This document shows, one piece after another, positions 1 to 15,000 of a stretch of 64,000 bases of DNA. The notes beneath the pieces were generated by a model, which worked only from the letters and a program-made list of their open reading frames with translations, did no database searches and was not told the origin of the DNA. Position 1 is the first letter of the stretch. Every line of letters begins with the position of its first letter. The stretch covers positions 132,766 to 196,765 of the forward strand of contig JBEKHW010000001.1 in assembly GCA_050012075.1 (NCBI GenBank), written 5' to 3'. The translations under genes and the position numbers were made by a program. Origin of the DNA: Candidatus Omnitrophota bacterium (GTDB taxonomy: Bacteria > Omnitrophota > Gorgyraeia > Gygaellales > Profunditerraquicolaceae).

Positions 1-3000
1 ATTCTTTGGCGACTCTTTTTAAATCATATCTGTCTTTTTCTGCAAAAGAAGGGATTATTTTCATACCAGTATCGTCTAACCACAGCTTATCCTTATCTAA
101 CCTGTCTGTTAATACTATGTAGCCGAGCGAAGCTATTGTTTTTTCGTATAGTAACACGTATTGCTCTAACTCATTCACCGGATTACTCTTGCCTCTTCTA
201 AAACGCAGTAGCAAGACTACTAGGCTAGCTATACACATTGTTGGGCTGTGTAGAAGTTGATATATTAATCCTGAATCTGGCTTATTAGGTATTTTCTTTA
301 TTTTTTCATAAGTATCTAAAAGATCTTTTTTTGTTTCTGATTTATTTAATAACCAACGCATTGCCTGGGCCACTGCCATGTTGTCTTCTTTTGAGATTTC
401 TTTATTAATATCTCTTATAGTTAAGAGAATCACGTAGTTAATAAAGAAAACTTTTGTCGCAAACATCCTGGAAGTGAATTTCTTTAATTCTTCGCGCAAC
501 TCTGCCGTATCGCCACCCCTATAATGCCGCTCCAAAATCTCAATTGCTTCTTGCAGACAGACAATATTTATCGTATCGTATATCGTCTCTGCCTGCTTTT
601 GGCCGTACACCATTCGCTCATAGACTGCTTTTAAATTACCTAATACTATTGGTGGAGATTCCTCTTTCTTTATTCCAGAATATGCCCAGCGCGGCAATAA
701 TTCTTCCATGATGTACCTACCGGCTTCTTTAATCTCAAGATTATTTTTATTCAATGCTTCAATGCGCGATTTTATTATCCTGGCCAGCGACCGTTTTCGT
801 AGGTGATATGGCAAGACGACATAAGATAAAAATACTGATAAAACCACCACTGCTAATATCGTAAATTCAAGCAGCGAAATTTTACCGTCAGCTGCAAGGA
901 ACTTTTTTATCTGACTTAATCCGCTATCACTGCCAAGGATAAGCGCCAACAATGCAGGTCCGCTATAACAATATAATCCCCTGCCCCCACCCGCCTCTTC
1001 CGCCGGAGAGCTGCCGCGGCCGGTGCCATTTTTTGCCTGGTCTATCCTTTTCCATGCTTCCATGGTATTGCTCAACTCTTCATAAACCTCATCAGCAAAT
1101 CCATCGCGGTTGCCGACATCTTCTACGATAGGAATTATCTCTCCTAGTAATATGAATTCCTTTTCGGCAGAAAGCTGTTTTCCGGCCAAGCTAAATACCC
1201 TCTTTAATAACCCGGCTAATAAAAGTGCTTCGTTGGGTAGGAGGGGCTGCTTGGGGCAAATCGCCCAATAATCCTTTATCGCCTTAACGGCCTTGACTAA
1301 ATCCAAGTGGCGGTCCGACGCATAAACATTACAAAGCCTGTAATGCCCGCTTAGGAGGAATCTCCTGCTTTCGCCGCTAAAATGCACTTCCAGTTTTAGG
1401 CATTCGCCAAACAGTACATCTGCCTCAGACAGCATCTTTTCGGCAGAGTTGTAATCTTCGGCTTTAATCGCCTTATGTACCGCTTTTGTCTTATCGCTAT
1501 ATTGCATTACTTTTGTAATGGCTTCCATTAGCTGCCTCGGTTTCAAACGAAGCTCGATTGGGAAATACACTTCGATGCTTTTACGGACAAAAATATTCCG
1601 CCTTATCTGGAACGAAATCCAGTTAAGCATGTCTTGCCGGCTTCTCTGTACTTGGCGCCGTTCCGAGCTTTCTAAAAGAGAAAACAGGAACTTCACCAAG
1701 ATAACATCCGTGGTTTTAACATGTTCGTGGCTATACCATTTCAGGAATAAACTTAAGGACTCTATAAATAAGCCGGCGGCCTTCTTGAAATTGCCTTCTG
1801 ACGTAGCATTTGTTCCCAAACGCCTATAAGCCAATATCATGAAAGGTATCTCGCAAAGCACCTTTTCGTTAAACCTAGAACGCATCTGTTTATCTACGAT
1901 CTCCCTGGCTGTCTGCAGAAAAACAGCCGCTTCCTTGTATCTGCCTTGCTTCATCCTCTGATGCGCGAAGCGCGTACAAAATTCGCATTCCCACACCTCC
2001 TCGCACGGGCCTTTTCCTGCCGGTGAGCTGCCGCTTCCGCCCGTGGCGCTATCTTCAAGGGTGCCCACCTGGAGGAAGGCCCCAATGGAAATATTCTGGC
2101 CGCTATTCTTTATCAACGCTTTAGTGGAATCTACTAACTTAGATAGAGGCAGCTTCGGCTTGCCGTTTACGCCCATTACAAGGAGTATTTTTGCCAAAGG
2201 CCACTCTGCCTTATCTCCTATAGCGCTATCTATTATGTCAACCAGCTCCATACCTTTATACTTTAACCCTTTTTGCTGGATATCTTCATCGGATAAGACA
2301 GGCAATCGCAAAGCGTTTAATCCTTCCAGTATTGCCTGCCGCAACTGGCGCTCAACTTCCTGTTGTCCGTTTGCTGACGACAGTGTAGGTACTGGTTCAT
2401 CCGTGGGAATAACATCTGGAGGCCTGTAGTAATCGTCATCCCCAATCACGGGCACCTTTCTTAAAGGAATCTCTTTCTTTGACTCTGCCTTAACAGCTTT
2501 TACCGGATGTTTTCTTGTTCCTTTCTTCTCCCATTCTTTCCATTCCTGCCGCAGTTCTTTCAATCCCGCATACATTGATTTCAAAGAAGCCGCTTCTTTG
2601 TTCTTCTTTGCTTCAAGGATCATTATCGCTTCTTCTAATAGCCCTTCTGTAGTTACAAAATCCTGTTCGGACAGGGCCTGGGGTAATTCATCCCACAATT
2701 CTATTAACAGCTCCCAGAAATAGCAGGCCAGATCTATCCGCTGTTCTTCGACAATACTCATCTTTCTTGCCCTATTTTCAGCTGCGATGAGTCTGAATCT
2801 TTCTATCTGCGGCAACTGTTCATCCTGTTTTCTTGCGCCTGCCGCTTTTTTCGCAATAGCCGGAGAGCTGCCGCGCCTACCGCTTGAAAGCGATATTCCA
2901 TCGGGAAATAATTTATCTACATCGATGTCTAACGGCTCTTCCGGGACCATACAGATTTTACCTGCGCGTAAATCAAGCTCAGAAATCTCATTCGCTATCG

Positions 3001-6000
3001 CGATAACAATGTCGAGCCTTCTTGAAAAGAAATAGACCTTAGAAAGTATTCCGTAGGCCATCCGCGCATTATGCAAGATAAAGCCGGGATATTTCGGATA
3101 GTATCGCTTTAGCTCCTTAAGAGTGGTCTTGGCCCACTTTTCTGCTTCTGGCAAATCTCCTGATTGGATACATGCCTCTACAATCTTATGCAGCACGATG
3201 AAGCGGCCTCTCACGTCGCCTGATTCCCTGGATATCTTTTCTAATCTAATTAACTCATTTAACCTTTTGCCGGGATCAATGATTGCAAACGAATTCTTGA
3301 GCCCTTTTTTCACAAAAGGAGTAATGGGCCGCAACCTGGCAGGGCTGTTGCCTTTACTGTCCTCGCCCTGGCCGTAGCCAATATTGTTATTTGTTACGGC
3401 AACCGCGCTACCGGTGGCATCCCCATCGAGCCATTTTCGCCTTATGCTTTTATCAGGAAAGGTGCCTGTCAAAGAACCGGGTTTTTGCGCAATTAGCCTA
3501 TAGGCAGGATTCTTTAACTTATTTTCGAAAGCCAATTCCTGCGCCTCTATATCTCTCCTAAGCTGGGAGCTGATAGCGTCAATTTCCTGTTTGAGCGTTT
3601 TTGCATGCATACCGAAAGAATCGCTTAATTCATCTATGCTCGTACCCATCGCGTATTCAACAAATAGTTTCTGTTTGTAAGCAGGTAATTGCGCCAAGGC
3701 GCTGCGCGCCCTGGAGAATAATTCTAAATCGACGATAGCCCGTTCTGGTGCCTCTTTTTCTGTACTAAAGGTATCCAACCAAGTAGTTACTTTTCTATTT
3801 CCCTCATCTCCATAGCGCGCAGCGGATAAACTGACATTCTCTCGCGAGGCTAAGGAAGCGCGGCTTATAGCATAACCCTTAACCTTAGATCTTACTTTCT
3901 TAAAATATCCGAATTCATCCACTGTCCGCACCTTATATACAGATAAATATTTGCTAAGGATTACATAAAAAGCCAGATTGGCTTCATTAAATAAATCATT
4001 GACCCCTATGCCTTTCAAAGATAGATATTGCCCTTTATAATACCTTCCTTTAAATTCCGAACCCACGGAAAAGGCGGCATGGCCGGTAATATCATAGTGG
4101 GATTTGAGAAATACCTGAGAGGCATTAGTATTGCCTTTTTTAATCTCCCTGCATAAGCGTATTTCGGCAGCGCGGTCAGGCCTTAACTCGTTCTCTTTCA
4201 TATACATGACAAAACCCGGTTCCGACAGCTTGTTCAGCATAATTTTGTCGGTTTCTCCATCGCCGTTGGTAAAGGCCTTGGGATGAATAGCCTCAAGTAT
4301 CCCGTCATCGTAATAATAGCCTCCATTATTTGACGCAGCCAAGATAGGATGCGTATAATCAAGCGCTTCTCCTAAATAGAAATAATCATCCGACAATACG
4401 CCCAATTCTGAAAATATCTGCAGTATATTGTATCTATCAAGCAAATACATTGCCTTTAAAAATACCGTATTTGAATTATTGGAGGGATAGAGGTTTTGAT
4501 AAAGAGCTTCACTCTTTAGATACGGCTCATGCATAACTCTTGCAATAATCCTACGCGCTATCTCAAGCTGGACAAGGCGCGGATGTAAATCTATATCTTT
4601 TAGGCATGGTATAGCGGATAAAAATACTTCCCAAAGCATGGATTGTCTTAAGGGGATATTCTGCTTTTCTTCTTTTTCCAGGCGCATACCGGTAAACATA
4701 CGCAGAAAAGACTTTGCCTGAACAGAGAGCATTTTTCTTTTGCCTTGTAACTCTTCAAAATTATTAAAGGTTACGATGGAGCCGTTGGTATCTTTTAATA
4801 TTCCTGACCAGTACGCCTTATCGTCAATGGATAGTTCAAATCCCTGCTTGTCGTCCTTCAGGCTAAATGCTGTCTTTTGCCTAATTATCTCTTGTAGCTT
4901 TTTAAATCTCTGCTCTTCTTTTTTAGCCCTCTTGCGCCAGGAAGCTAAGGGCGTGCCTTCCTTAATCAATCTATCAACAAACACCTCATTAACATTGGGG
5001 CTATCCATACCATCTATGGCTACAAAAGAACACCATCTGCCTTCGTTTAATACTTCTCTTATATGTTCATCTACGGTATTTTTGGCAATTATGCTGTAGA
5101 CTAAAACCGGTTTAGTCTGGCCAAAACGGTGTTCTCTGTCTGAGGCGTGGTCCATTATCTCAGGCACCCAGTCTTCATCTACAAAGATAGTGATATTTCC
5201 TGCGCAGAAGTTCTTTGACTGGCCTCCGCTCTTTACAGTGGATGCGATTATAGGATGGTCAAAGTTAGGTTCCTGGAATAAAGAAACATCTCTATAATTG
5301 GCGCGCTGCCTGCCTCCTAAGACAGCCAAAGCACCGAGATGGCTATAACGCGCCTGTAGGGCTTTTACTACTTCTCTAAAATTAGAGAAGATGACTATCT
5401 TTTCCTTTCTCTGCAGATGATACTTTACCAGTTCATCCACCTTTTCATACTTGGCAGACGTACAAATTATACCTTCAGGCATATCTTCTACTAAACTCGC
5501 ATCTATGCAGGCTTCTCTACCCCTCATTATCTTGGTCAAGATAATCGCCTTGCTGGGTTTCTTGCCCTCTTTTGCATAGTTTTTGACCCATGATTTAAAA
5601 TCTCCCCAGACCCTGTCATAGACTTTTTTCTGCTCTCCTTTTAATTCCACCTCTACTACGATTTCCTTTTTGGGAGGGAGGTCGCATAAAACTTCCTCTT
5701 TGTAGCGGCGCAGCATAAACCGCCTTAATTCATTATTTAAATTTCTTAAATTTTCAAATGAGCCGGAGAATAACGCGGCAAAGGTTTCTCTTGATTTATA
5801 TCTTTCCGGATAAAGCCAGTTTAAAAGATTGTAAATCTTCATTGCGGAGCGTCCGATAAGAGGAGTAGCGGTAACTAAAATCTTATACTCGGCATCAAAC
5901 TTTCGCAAGGCCTGCATATGGAGAGTTTCGTTACGCATTTCATGTGCCTCATCTGCAATAATAAAGTCGAAATTAAACGACTTTAACCCCGCGACTATTG

Positions 6001-9000
6001 CGTTGTTTCTTAAGCCCTCATAGTGAACAATCACAAAGCGGCAATCTTTGGCTAGTTCAAGCTCCCTGGCTAATTTTTCATTATTTCCCGAGATAACCAC
6101 GGTTTTATTTTGCATCAAGACCTTGGTGAGGATTTCATCCTCCCAAATTTCCTTGGCGCCGTTAGGGCAGACGATTAAGATTTTTTGCGCTCCCCGGCCG
6201 CCATAGGCGTTTAAGGCAGCGGCTATAACCTGAATGGTCTTACCCATACCCGGCTCATCAGCCAGGATAACTCTTTTATTGTCAAGCATAAAAATTATAC
6301 CCGCTACCTCGTAGAGCCTTAAGATAATCTTATCCTTATCTAACCCTTTTATCCTATCTTTGTCTATGTCTTCCAATAGCCGCCGGTAGTATTCCAGTGT
6401 ATTGCCGTAAGCATTTCTGATAATCTCCGAGTTAAGCTGATCTTGCGCTTGCTCATTAAGCTTTTCTAAGAACCGATTATCCCTGACTAAATTCGGATAG
6501 GAAAGCCGGATTATCTCCTGGGTCAGTATGTCAAGCTGGTTTGGCCCGAAAACAACCGGCCATTCTATTTCTCTCATCCTGGTAAAAGATAATGACCGGG
6601 TTCTCTGAGGCATAGCTGCCTTCTTCTCTACATTTCCTCTATCAGCCAAGGCACAAATTGATTTTATGGTATGGGCCAGTTCAGGGCGGCTTAGCTGGTC
6701 GCCATAAAATGCAGAAAGCAAACCAAACGCCCTTTCGGGACGGCCGCAGACATTGGAAATCTTTTCTATCGTGCCGCTATCTACCAGGGAGTCAAGGAGA
6801 GCCTTTTTTGCATCCGTTCTTTTCGTTTGCCTTAAGGCCTTGATTTTTTCTTCAATATAATCCCTGATACCTAAACGAATTAGCCAGCCGTTAATCGTGT
6901 ATACGCTTTCCCCGAAGAATCCGGCTACTTCTTTCTGGGTCATCCTGCGCTCCAGGAACAGTTCTTCCATTTTTTCCTTCAAAAAGTTTGCCTTGTTAAT
7001 CTCAACGAGAGATTCTACAAGCTCTTTTTTTCTTATAAACCCATAGGATTTTAGCTTTTTCATTACCTCAATGAGTTTATATCCGCAAGACTCAAATATC
7101 TGCCGGATTTTCTCTTCAGGTAAGCTTTTCTGTTTCTCTTTCAGCGCCTGGCCTATTATATTCTTTAGCCCTAACTTACCAATCCAATAATCAATGAGAT
7201 AGTTTTGGACGCCAAAATATCCGGCTGTGAGTTCCGCATTGCACCAATCATCCAAATGTACCCTTTCCAGCTCTTTTTTAAAGCTATCCAGAAGCCCTAA
7301 AATACTGAAGATAGCGATGTAATCTAGCCATCTCTCTTGCCTTATTCCTATCCCTTCCATCATCCGTGGAATATTCCAGGCATTATCCTGGCAGAACTTG
7401 GCTAAACCGGAAGGAGAGGTATCTATATTCCTGGTACGCCCTATAAATTCTAATAACCCTGAAGCTATGTTTAATCTCTTGTATAACGCTATTATGGTAG
7501 GCATACTAACACCGAAAATTTTAGGAAGGCTCTTAAAGCTTAAACCTGCCTTTAGATACTCTTCCGGTATCTTGTCGCGGAATTCATCATAAAGCCCTAA
7601 GGAGGCAAATCTTTCCTCTATCATAGGAGAACTGCCTGCTATACCGGCATGGGAAATCTTCTTAAAAGATCTGGCGATATGCCAATTATTTGCTGTTAAA
7701 ATAGCTCTGGCTTTCTCGTTAGGCGGCATAAGTTCCTTTTTCCATTCCCCTACCATAGAAACAGGGATATTGAATTTATGGGCGATTAGATTGTGGTTGC
7801 CGGCCTGCTGACAGTAAACCTTGATAAACTGCCTCTTTAACAGATGTATTGCGCCTAATTCTTCTAATAATTCAATATAAGAGCCATATTCCTTAACTCC
7901 CCGGAGGCGAGCTAACTCTCCACAGGCTATTTCCATATTCCATTTGTGCGCGGTGAAAATGGCTCCTGTCGGTTTCTTCCTGGCTTTAAGACTCTCGGCT
8001 ATCTCCTTATCAATGCCTAAATAAATAAGCCAACGCCTCACCGCAGCCGTACTCACACCGAAAAATCCTGCTACTCTTCCCGGCATCATCCTTTTTTCTA
8101 AGAACAATTCCTTCAATTTGTTCTTTATAAGGAAGGCCTTATTGATGCTGATTAAGAATTCTACTGCCGAGTTTTCTTTTACATTACCGTATGGCTTGAG
8201 CTTAAGAGAAACTTCTCCAATCTTATAGCTGCACTCCTCGAATATCTCTGCGATCTTCTCCTCGCTCAATCCGGATTGCATCTTTTGGAACTCACTGTCC
8301 GCCTTATCTTTTATGCCTAATTCCCTCATTAACATATTGATGGTAGTGTCAGTCACGTTAAAATATTTCGCCATCTTGCCGACTACACAGTTGCAATCTG
8401 AATATACCCGGCTTAGCTCTTTTGTAAAAATATCAAGCATCCCTAACTGGTTAAATGCTTTCATATAGCCAATTGAGTCGCACGTAATGCATAGTTTCTG
8501 CAGAATCAATGGGATATTCCAGGAATTATGCTGACAGAACTTCTCTAAAGAACCGGAGGACTTAGATATTACTTTATGGCGATGCATGGCCTTTATGGCC
8601 TCCGGCTCTAATTGTAATCTTTGCAATAGACTCATTGAGATCCTTATATCTTGACCGAGAGCTTTTGCCAACTTAGTAATGCTATATCCTGCCCTTATGT
8701 ATAATTCCGTCACCTTCCTGCGGAATTCTCCGTAGAGTCCCCAGGAGGCAAAGGCTTCTTCCAAGACATTGCCCCTTCCGTATTTAAATGAAAGCTCTTT
8801 CAGTGACTTGCCAATGTTCCATTTGTTCTTTGCTAAGACACCTCTTGCCTCTTTATCTAGAGGCATAAACTTATCCTCCCATCCTTTTACCGTAGAGGCA
8901 GAGATATTGAATACTTTAGCGATTAGATTATGGTTGCAAAGCTGTTGGCAGTAAACCTTGATAAACTGTTTTTTCAAGATGTGCGCCGCGCCTAATTGTT

Positions 9001-12000
9001 CCAATAATGCAAGGCAAGAATCGTATTTCTCAATCCCATAAGCTTTAGCCAACTCTGCACAGGCCTTCTCTATATTCCATTTGTATGCGGCTAAAATGGC
9101 AAGGATTGCAGTGTCGGCGGAAGGAATCTCCGTCTTACCGCCTATCTTTGCAAGGTATGCCCGTAGATGCACAAAATAAGGTTCAATTTTTCCCTTTAAT
9201 ATTCCGTCTTGTCTACCAGAGAACCCAAAATATCTGGCTGTTTCCTCTAAACTGTATCCTGTGTTGATATATACGGATATAAGCTTTTCATAAGAGATAT
9301 CTTCATAACCGAATTCTATGGGTATATCTAAGGCGCACCTTGCCTGGATTTGTCTGGGTAATCTTGCAAGAACTGCTTCCTTGCCCCAATCTTCTTCTTC
9401 CAAAATTCTGCATAGCTCATCCCTGGTAGGCGGTTGCCCAAAAACCTTCAGGCGCTTATCCGCTAACCAATCGGAGATAGTTGATACGTAAGCATTAAAA
9501 AATAAAGCGGTCTTCCCGATATCCTGGCCGTTGGAAAAATAGACCTGTCTTAGCTTTTCAGCAATAATATCTATACAACCTAATGCCTCCAACCTTTCCA
9601 AGATTCCACCTACGGCATTCACATACGTTCCCAGCTCAATAAATATCTTCTTCGTATCCCAGTGGCAGACTTTATCGCAAAGGTCTTCTATTTCTTTCCG
9701 GGATGGCTGCGGGATTAAATCTGCTTTTAACTTACGCACTTCGCCCTCACTTATAGCAAAAAACTTAGCTATCTTTTCTATAGAGCCTTTGTACCTTTTA
9801 TTAATTTCTCTGAATTTATCTTCAAAAATATTTCTGTGGTCTACGTTTGGAGCCCGGACCGTGATAGTTCCTTCTGATTTTACCGGTGCTGCTACTTCCG
9901 TGGAACGAACTGAAGAGTCAGAAGTATTGAGGACGGCTTGTTTTTTAGGTAAAGGTATCTTGAATCTATAACAGGCTATACGCAACAGAGTATCGCCTCC
10001 TTCTTTTCGGGATTTTTTCAGGACCGAAGAAACATTATTAAGTTGTCCTCCGGGAAGGGTGGCACGCCTGGCCAGTTCTAGCCGGGCTGATTCTTCTGTA
10101 GGATATTCTTCTACTCTATTAGATTTGACAGGTTTAGCCCTGTGCAATATCTTAGGTAACGTCATCTTAAACTTGTAACGAGCTCTATATAATGTAGGAT
10201 CACCGCCTTTTTCACGGGGTTTTGCCAGAGCTGAAACAGTATTATTGAGTTCACCACCGGCAAGGGTGGCACGCCTGGCTAGTTCTAGCCGGACTGATTC
10301 TTCTGTGGGGTATCTATGAGGTTTAATACTGCGGGGTTTATTTGGTAACGCTATGCTCAACTTACGGCAAGCTTTGCATAGCGCATTATTACCCCCCTCC
10401 TTATGAGATCTTTGCAAAGCTGACGCAACATTGTTCAACTTTCCACCTGGAAGGTTGGCACGCCTGGTCAGTTCTTTCTGTGCTGATTCCACTGTGGGAT
10501 ATGCAGGCTTGTTCTGTACGCCGGCAGGGCTGCTGCCCTTTGAAGGCCTATCTAATCTTAACGCCTTTATCAACGCCTCGGCAGAATTCAATCGTAAAGA
10601 GATTGCTGCCTGGCTCGTAATGGGCGTTGCAAGAAGGTCAGCAAAATAATCCAGGCCGTCCTCATCTCCCATCATAAGCAGGGTCTCTGCAATACAACGG
10701 CAAATCTCCGCAGGCATACTACTTGGCTTATCTTTGCCTAATAATTTCTTGTAGTAATCAATGGTATTACCCAAACGTAATGCTTCGGCTGCCGGAAGGA
10801 ATTTCAAGGTAAGAAGTATCGCGCTGCCAAGTAATCCTGTCTGGCCTTCTATCTCTTCAAAATATTCCCTAAGCTGAGTTACCACATAACCATATTCTCC
10901 TATGTCCCTAAGCGAATGCGCGATATCTTGAAACAATAACGTATCCATATTAGTGTCATGTGGGGCGCGCATCGAATATTCGAACCGTTCTTTTAACTCG
11001 GAGACCGCTTCTCCTGCGGGCTCCAGGACAGCAATAGCCCTTAATAAAGCTATCCTGGCGCTTGCCCGTTCAAAAAGCTCTGCTGTAACACTTAGAGGGC
11101 AGGCAAAATGCGTAAGTGCTTCTTTTAACGCAGGCACTAATTCTTCCCTACGGAATTCTGCCGCTAAATCTGCGCTCTGGAGAATAAGTTGCGGATTGTC
11201 GGAACCCAAGAGCCACTGAAGCCACAATAGAGCCCACCCGTCATTGCAGCGCACCAAAGCCTTAGTTACAGCAGCTATCTTCTGTGCCATCCCCATGGCC
11301 CTTGTATCTTGTGAAAGAGGCGGGATATTACTGCATCTTTTGTATAATTGAACAAACCGCAAATCAATTATCTTCTTTTCCTGCTCATCAAACTTCTGTA
11401 AATAAGGAAAGCTGGTTGCCCAGGCTTTGCCGACAGTCACGGCTGTTTGCGGATCTATATGCATTAAAGCCTCTAACGCAATTGCTTGTGCCGCCGTAGA
11501 AATATTTGAAAAAGTGAATATTTTATCTATGTTAAACCTTGCTGCCTGATGGCTAAAATAACTAAGTATAAGTGTCAGCCGAGCAAAAGCAAGATCCTCC
11601 CAGTATTCTTCATGAGAGTTTAGTAAAGAGGAAAGCACCACCTCCATGGAGGCAACAATGTCTTTGGTAGCCGCTGCCTTGAAATGAATTATTGCCAAGG
11701 GTAAGCGGTAATCTTTAGCCAGTCTTATGCCGTAAGAACGGGATTCAGAAAGGAACTGTTGCAGTTCTTCGGGGTGTTCTTGATAATAAAGGAAACTTTT
11801 CTTGCGTGCTTTGCTGTTTGGCCCAGTACAGAGCTCTTCCAGTATGTAGCGGAAGAAATCATTGAGGATAGCGCAGGGCTTGTTGACCGTATTCCAGGCA
11901 ACCTGGATGATACCGGAAACTGCTTCTCCTGGACCGATTGCCCGGACTATAATCTCGCCTAAATAAGTTTGGCCAGCTGCCAGATGCGGAGAAAATGCGG

Positions 12001-15000
12001 TTTGTGAAACGAATTCAAAAACAAGCTCCTTTAATGGCGGAGAGTGTTCCTGGCCAGCAAGATATGCCCTGAATGCCTCTAAGTAAGAATGAACTCCTTC
12101 AGTCAACTGCTCTATTTCTACCTGAAGGAGTATATCTTTATCAGGCGTAAACTCTTCAGCGATTTCTTTACCCTTAAAGCTTAATTTTAATCTTACCGGC
12201 CCGTTACCGGGAATACCCTTTATCGGCTCTGTGCCGGGATAGGAATAAGTAGCGGGGCTGCTTCCGACCAGGACTAATTCACGCTGCTCCGCAGAGCATG
12301 CATCCATAAGTCTTTCTATTTCTTTCAAATCAGTATCATATGCCTGTCCGTATATCTCACTTAAAACATCTGATGCCTGTATAAATTTCCCTTTTAGTAT
12401 CAGAGAACGCGCATGGTCTATACCGAGCGCTACCGGATACCTTGCCTCGTTTCTATTTACGCTTTCGCCATTAGTGCGCCGATATATATCCTCCTCCGGC
12501 AACAAGTAAGGTTTACTGGTTATAATGGAAAGCGGAATCTCCATGTTAAGACGTTTTGAATAGAAAGCTACCAGGCGCCCTATCTTTTCATTCCTGCCTT
12601 TCTTATTTTTCAACATGTTCCTTTCAATCCGACGCAAGGCTGGATCGGAAACGCCGTATGCCGGGCCCGCCTCTTGCCTGGACCATCCGCAGCAGAGCCG
12701 CAGAAGCACAAGACACTCACCCGGAGTCCGACAGATATTCTTTAAACTATCGAGCAATCTCCGGCCTGTCCAGACCTGGCACATCTCGAACTTGCTTTTC
12801 TCCTTCTTAGGCAAAGATTTCATGATCTTCTTTACGCTGTGAGGAAACCTAAAAGCCCCGTGCTTATCTATGGTCCTGCCGCATTCAAGCAGTATGATCT
12901 CTATGCGCTTGTGCGTGTGTTTTAAATTATCCATAAGTTTTGGTTTTGAAGTTTTCTCCAGGTATTCTTCAACCGGTTTATTTAATATAATATCGCAGAG
13001 CCCGAACTTCGTCCCAAGCCGCCTGTTATAAATATTCACCAGGCGTTTCAATTGGCCAAGAATCTTACACAGCTTTCTTACACCCGTTTCATACTTGGAT
13101 AGAGCTGAAAATGATATACCAAGAAGATCTGCTGCCTGTTTCAAGCTTAGCCCACAGCAGAGCCGCAGGAGTTTCAGGCGTTCTCCGTAATCTTTACAGA
13201 TATCCCTTAAGCTGGGCAGAAGCTCTTTCCCGGTAAAAAGCTGGCATATCTGAAAGTCAACACCACATCTCTTCTTTAGAAAATTAGCAATTTCCCTGAT
13301 TTCCGAAGGAATAATTTTACCAACCTTTTTATTCCTATGACGATAGAAGATTATCTGGCCCAGCCTCCCTTTCTGTGCCAATTTCAGTAAGCTTAAACAC
13401 CCTGATTCGCTTATGATAATTTCAATCCTTTGCCAAATTAGCTTGAGATTATCTTCCAATTTTAATTCCGATGTTTCTTCAAGGAATTCTGTCAATGATT
13501 TTCCTGTCCTGATATGGCTAACATCTAACTTTAATTTCAAAACCTTATTGGTAAAGTTAATAAATTCTCTTTGGAGCTTACGGCCGAAATTACGCTCGCC
13601 TCTTATAACTGCAGCCAGATGCCTGGTATTTATATGGTTACCGATTGAAGCTATGGAATAACTCTTAGCTTCCATCAAGGAACAGAGATACCCGATGCGC
13701 TCATTTGGTTTCTCCAGCTCTTTTAGTTTGGCAAAAATCTCGTTTGTTCCGTTCGCCGGAGAGCTACCGGTTTCACCCACGCTGCTATCCAGAAGGGCTC
13801 CCTCTTGGGGAACGACTTTCGATAAAGCAAGATTGTACCGGCTTAACGCAGTTACGACCTCTTTAAGGCTATTCTCTCCGAAACCTTCAACCCTTGAAAA
13901 ATCTTCTATTCTTTTGGCGCAAAGCTCTGCAATGGTCTTAATATTAAGTATTTCAAACGCTTTTATTACCCGTTTGCTGAAATATGCAAGTTTATATACC
14001 GGCTCCTCTTCTAACCTGTCAATATCTATGCCCTGGCTTAAATATTTCCTGTAATAAGCGATCTTCCCAAGAACTATCTTCTCTATCTGGCGCACCCGTT
14101 CGCGCGTTATCCGAAGCTGCTCTTTAAGCTCCTCAAGGGTTGCGGCATTTGTCCCTGGCTTGACCACAATCCTGGACAATAGTATTGTCTTCTCTCTATG
14201 GTCAAAGGAAAGCGCCGGACAATCAAGCATTCCCTGCACATCCCAGGTATTAGCTGCAGCCTGCTCTCGCATGACAACCTTGTATTGTGTCCGAATGCGA
14301 GGCTTCTTTGCGGGCTTTATTAATTCGACAACCGGTTCCTTGACGGTACGCTTCTGTGCAGCCTTTTCTTGCTGAGGAGCTTTTTTCAAGGCAGATTCTA
14401 TAATCTTAAGCATAGTGGCAAGATATGGCCCTAAGATTTCGAGAGTTATCATGTCGTTGTAGAATTTTCTATTCAGGGCATCATACAAACCGCGGTCATC
14501 ATTTTCATCAGGCAGCTTATAATTTTTATCCAAACCGAGCGCTGCTAAGGCGCCATGAAGCCTTGAATTCCATTCTTCATGCTCTGCTGCGATAATCTCT
14601 AACATCTTCTTTCTTCTCTTTATACTATCCGTAGCCAAGATGTGCCTGACATAATCTATCCTTTGGTATAGCTTATCCAGTTGCCTGTACACCTTTGAAT
14701 CATGCGTTATCTCGCCTGTGCCGCCGCAGGCCGGAGAGGATGCTTGGTGTGAAGAAAAGACGGGTATCCTTAGGCTTATCTTTCTTAAATTCGTATTGAT
14801 ATCAAAGATGGTGATGACGAATTCATTGCCTGTCTTGACGTTGTAGACGATTAAATTAAACTCCGAGATACTTCCGAATACCTTCAAGCGATAATCCCCT
14901 TTTGCCTGCTGGAACTTCTCGGCTTCAGCGCGCAAAGCGGATTCTTTCCACTTGCCGTCTCTATTCAAAAACTTATTATCTTTCTTCATCCACTCTGTCT

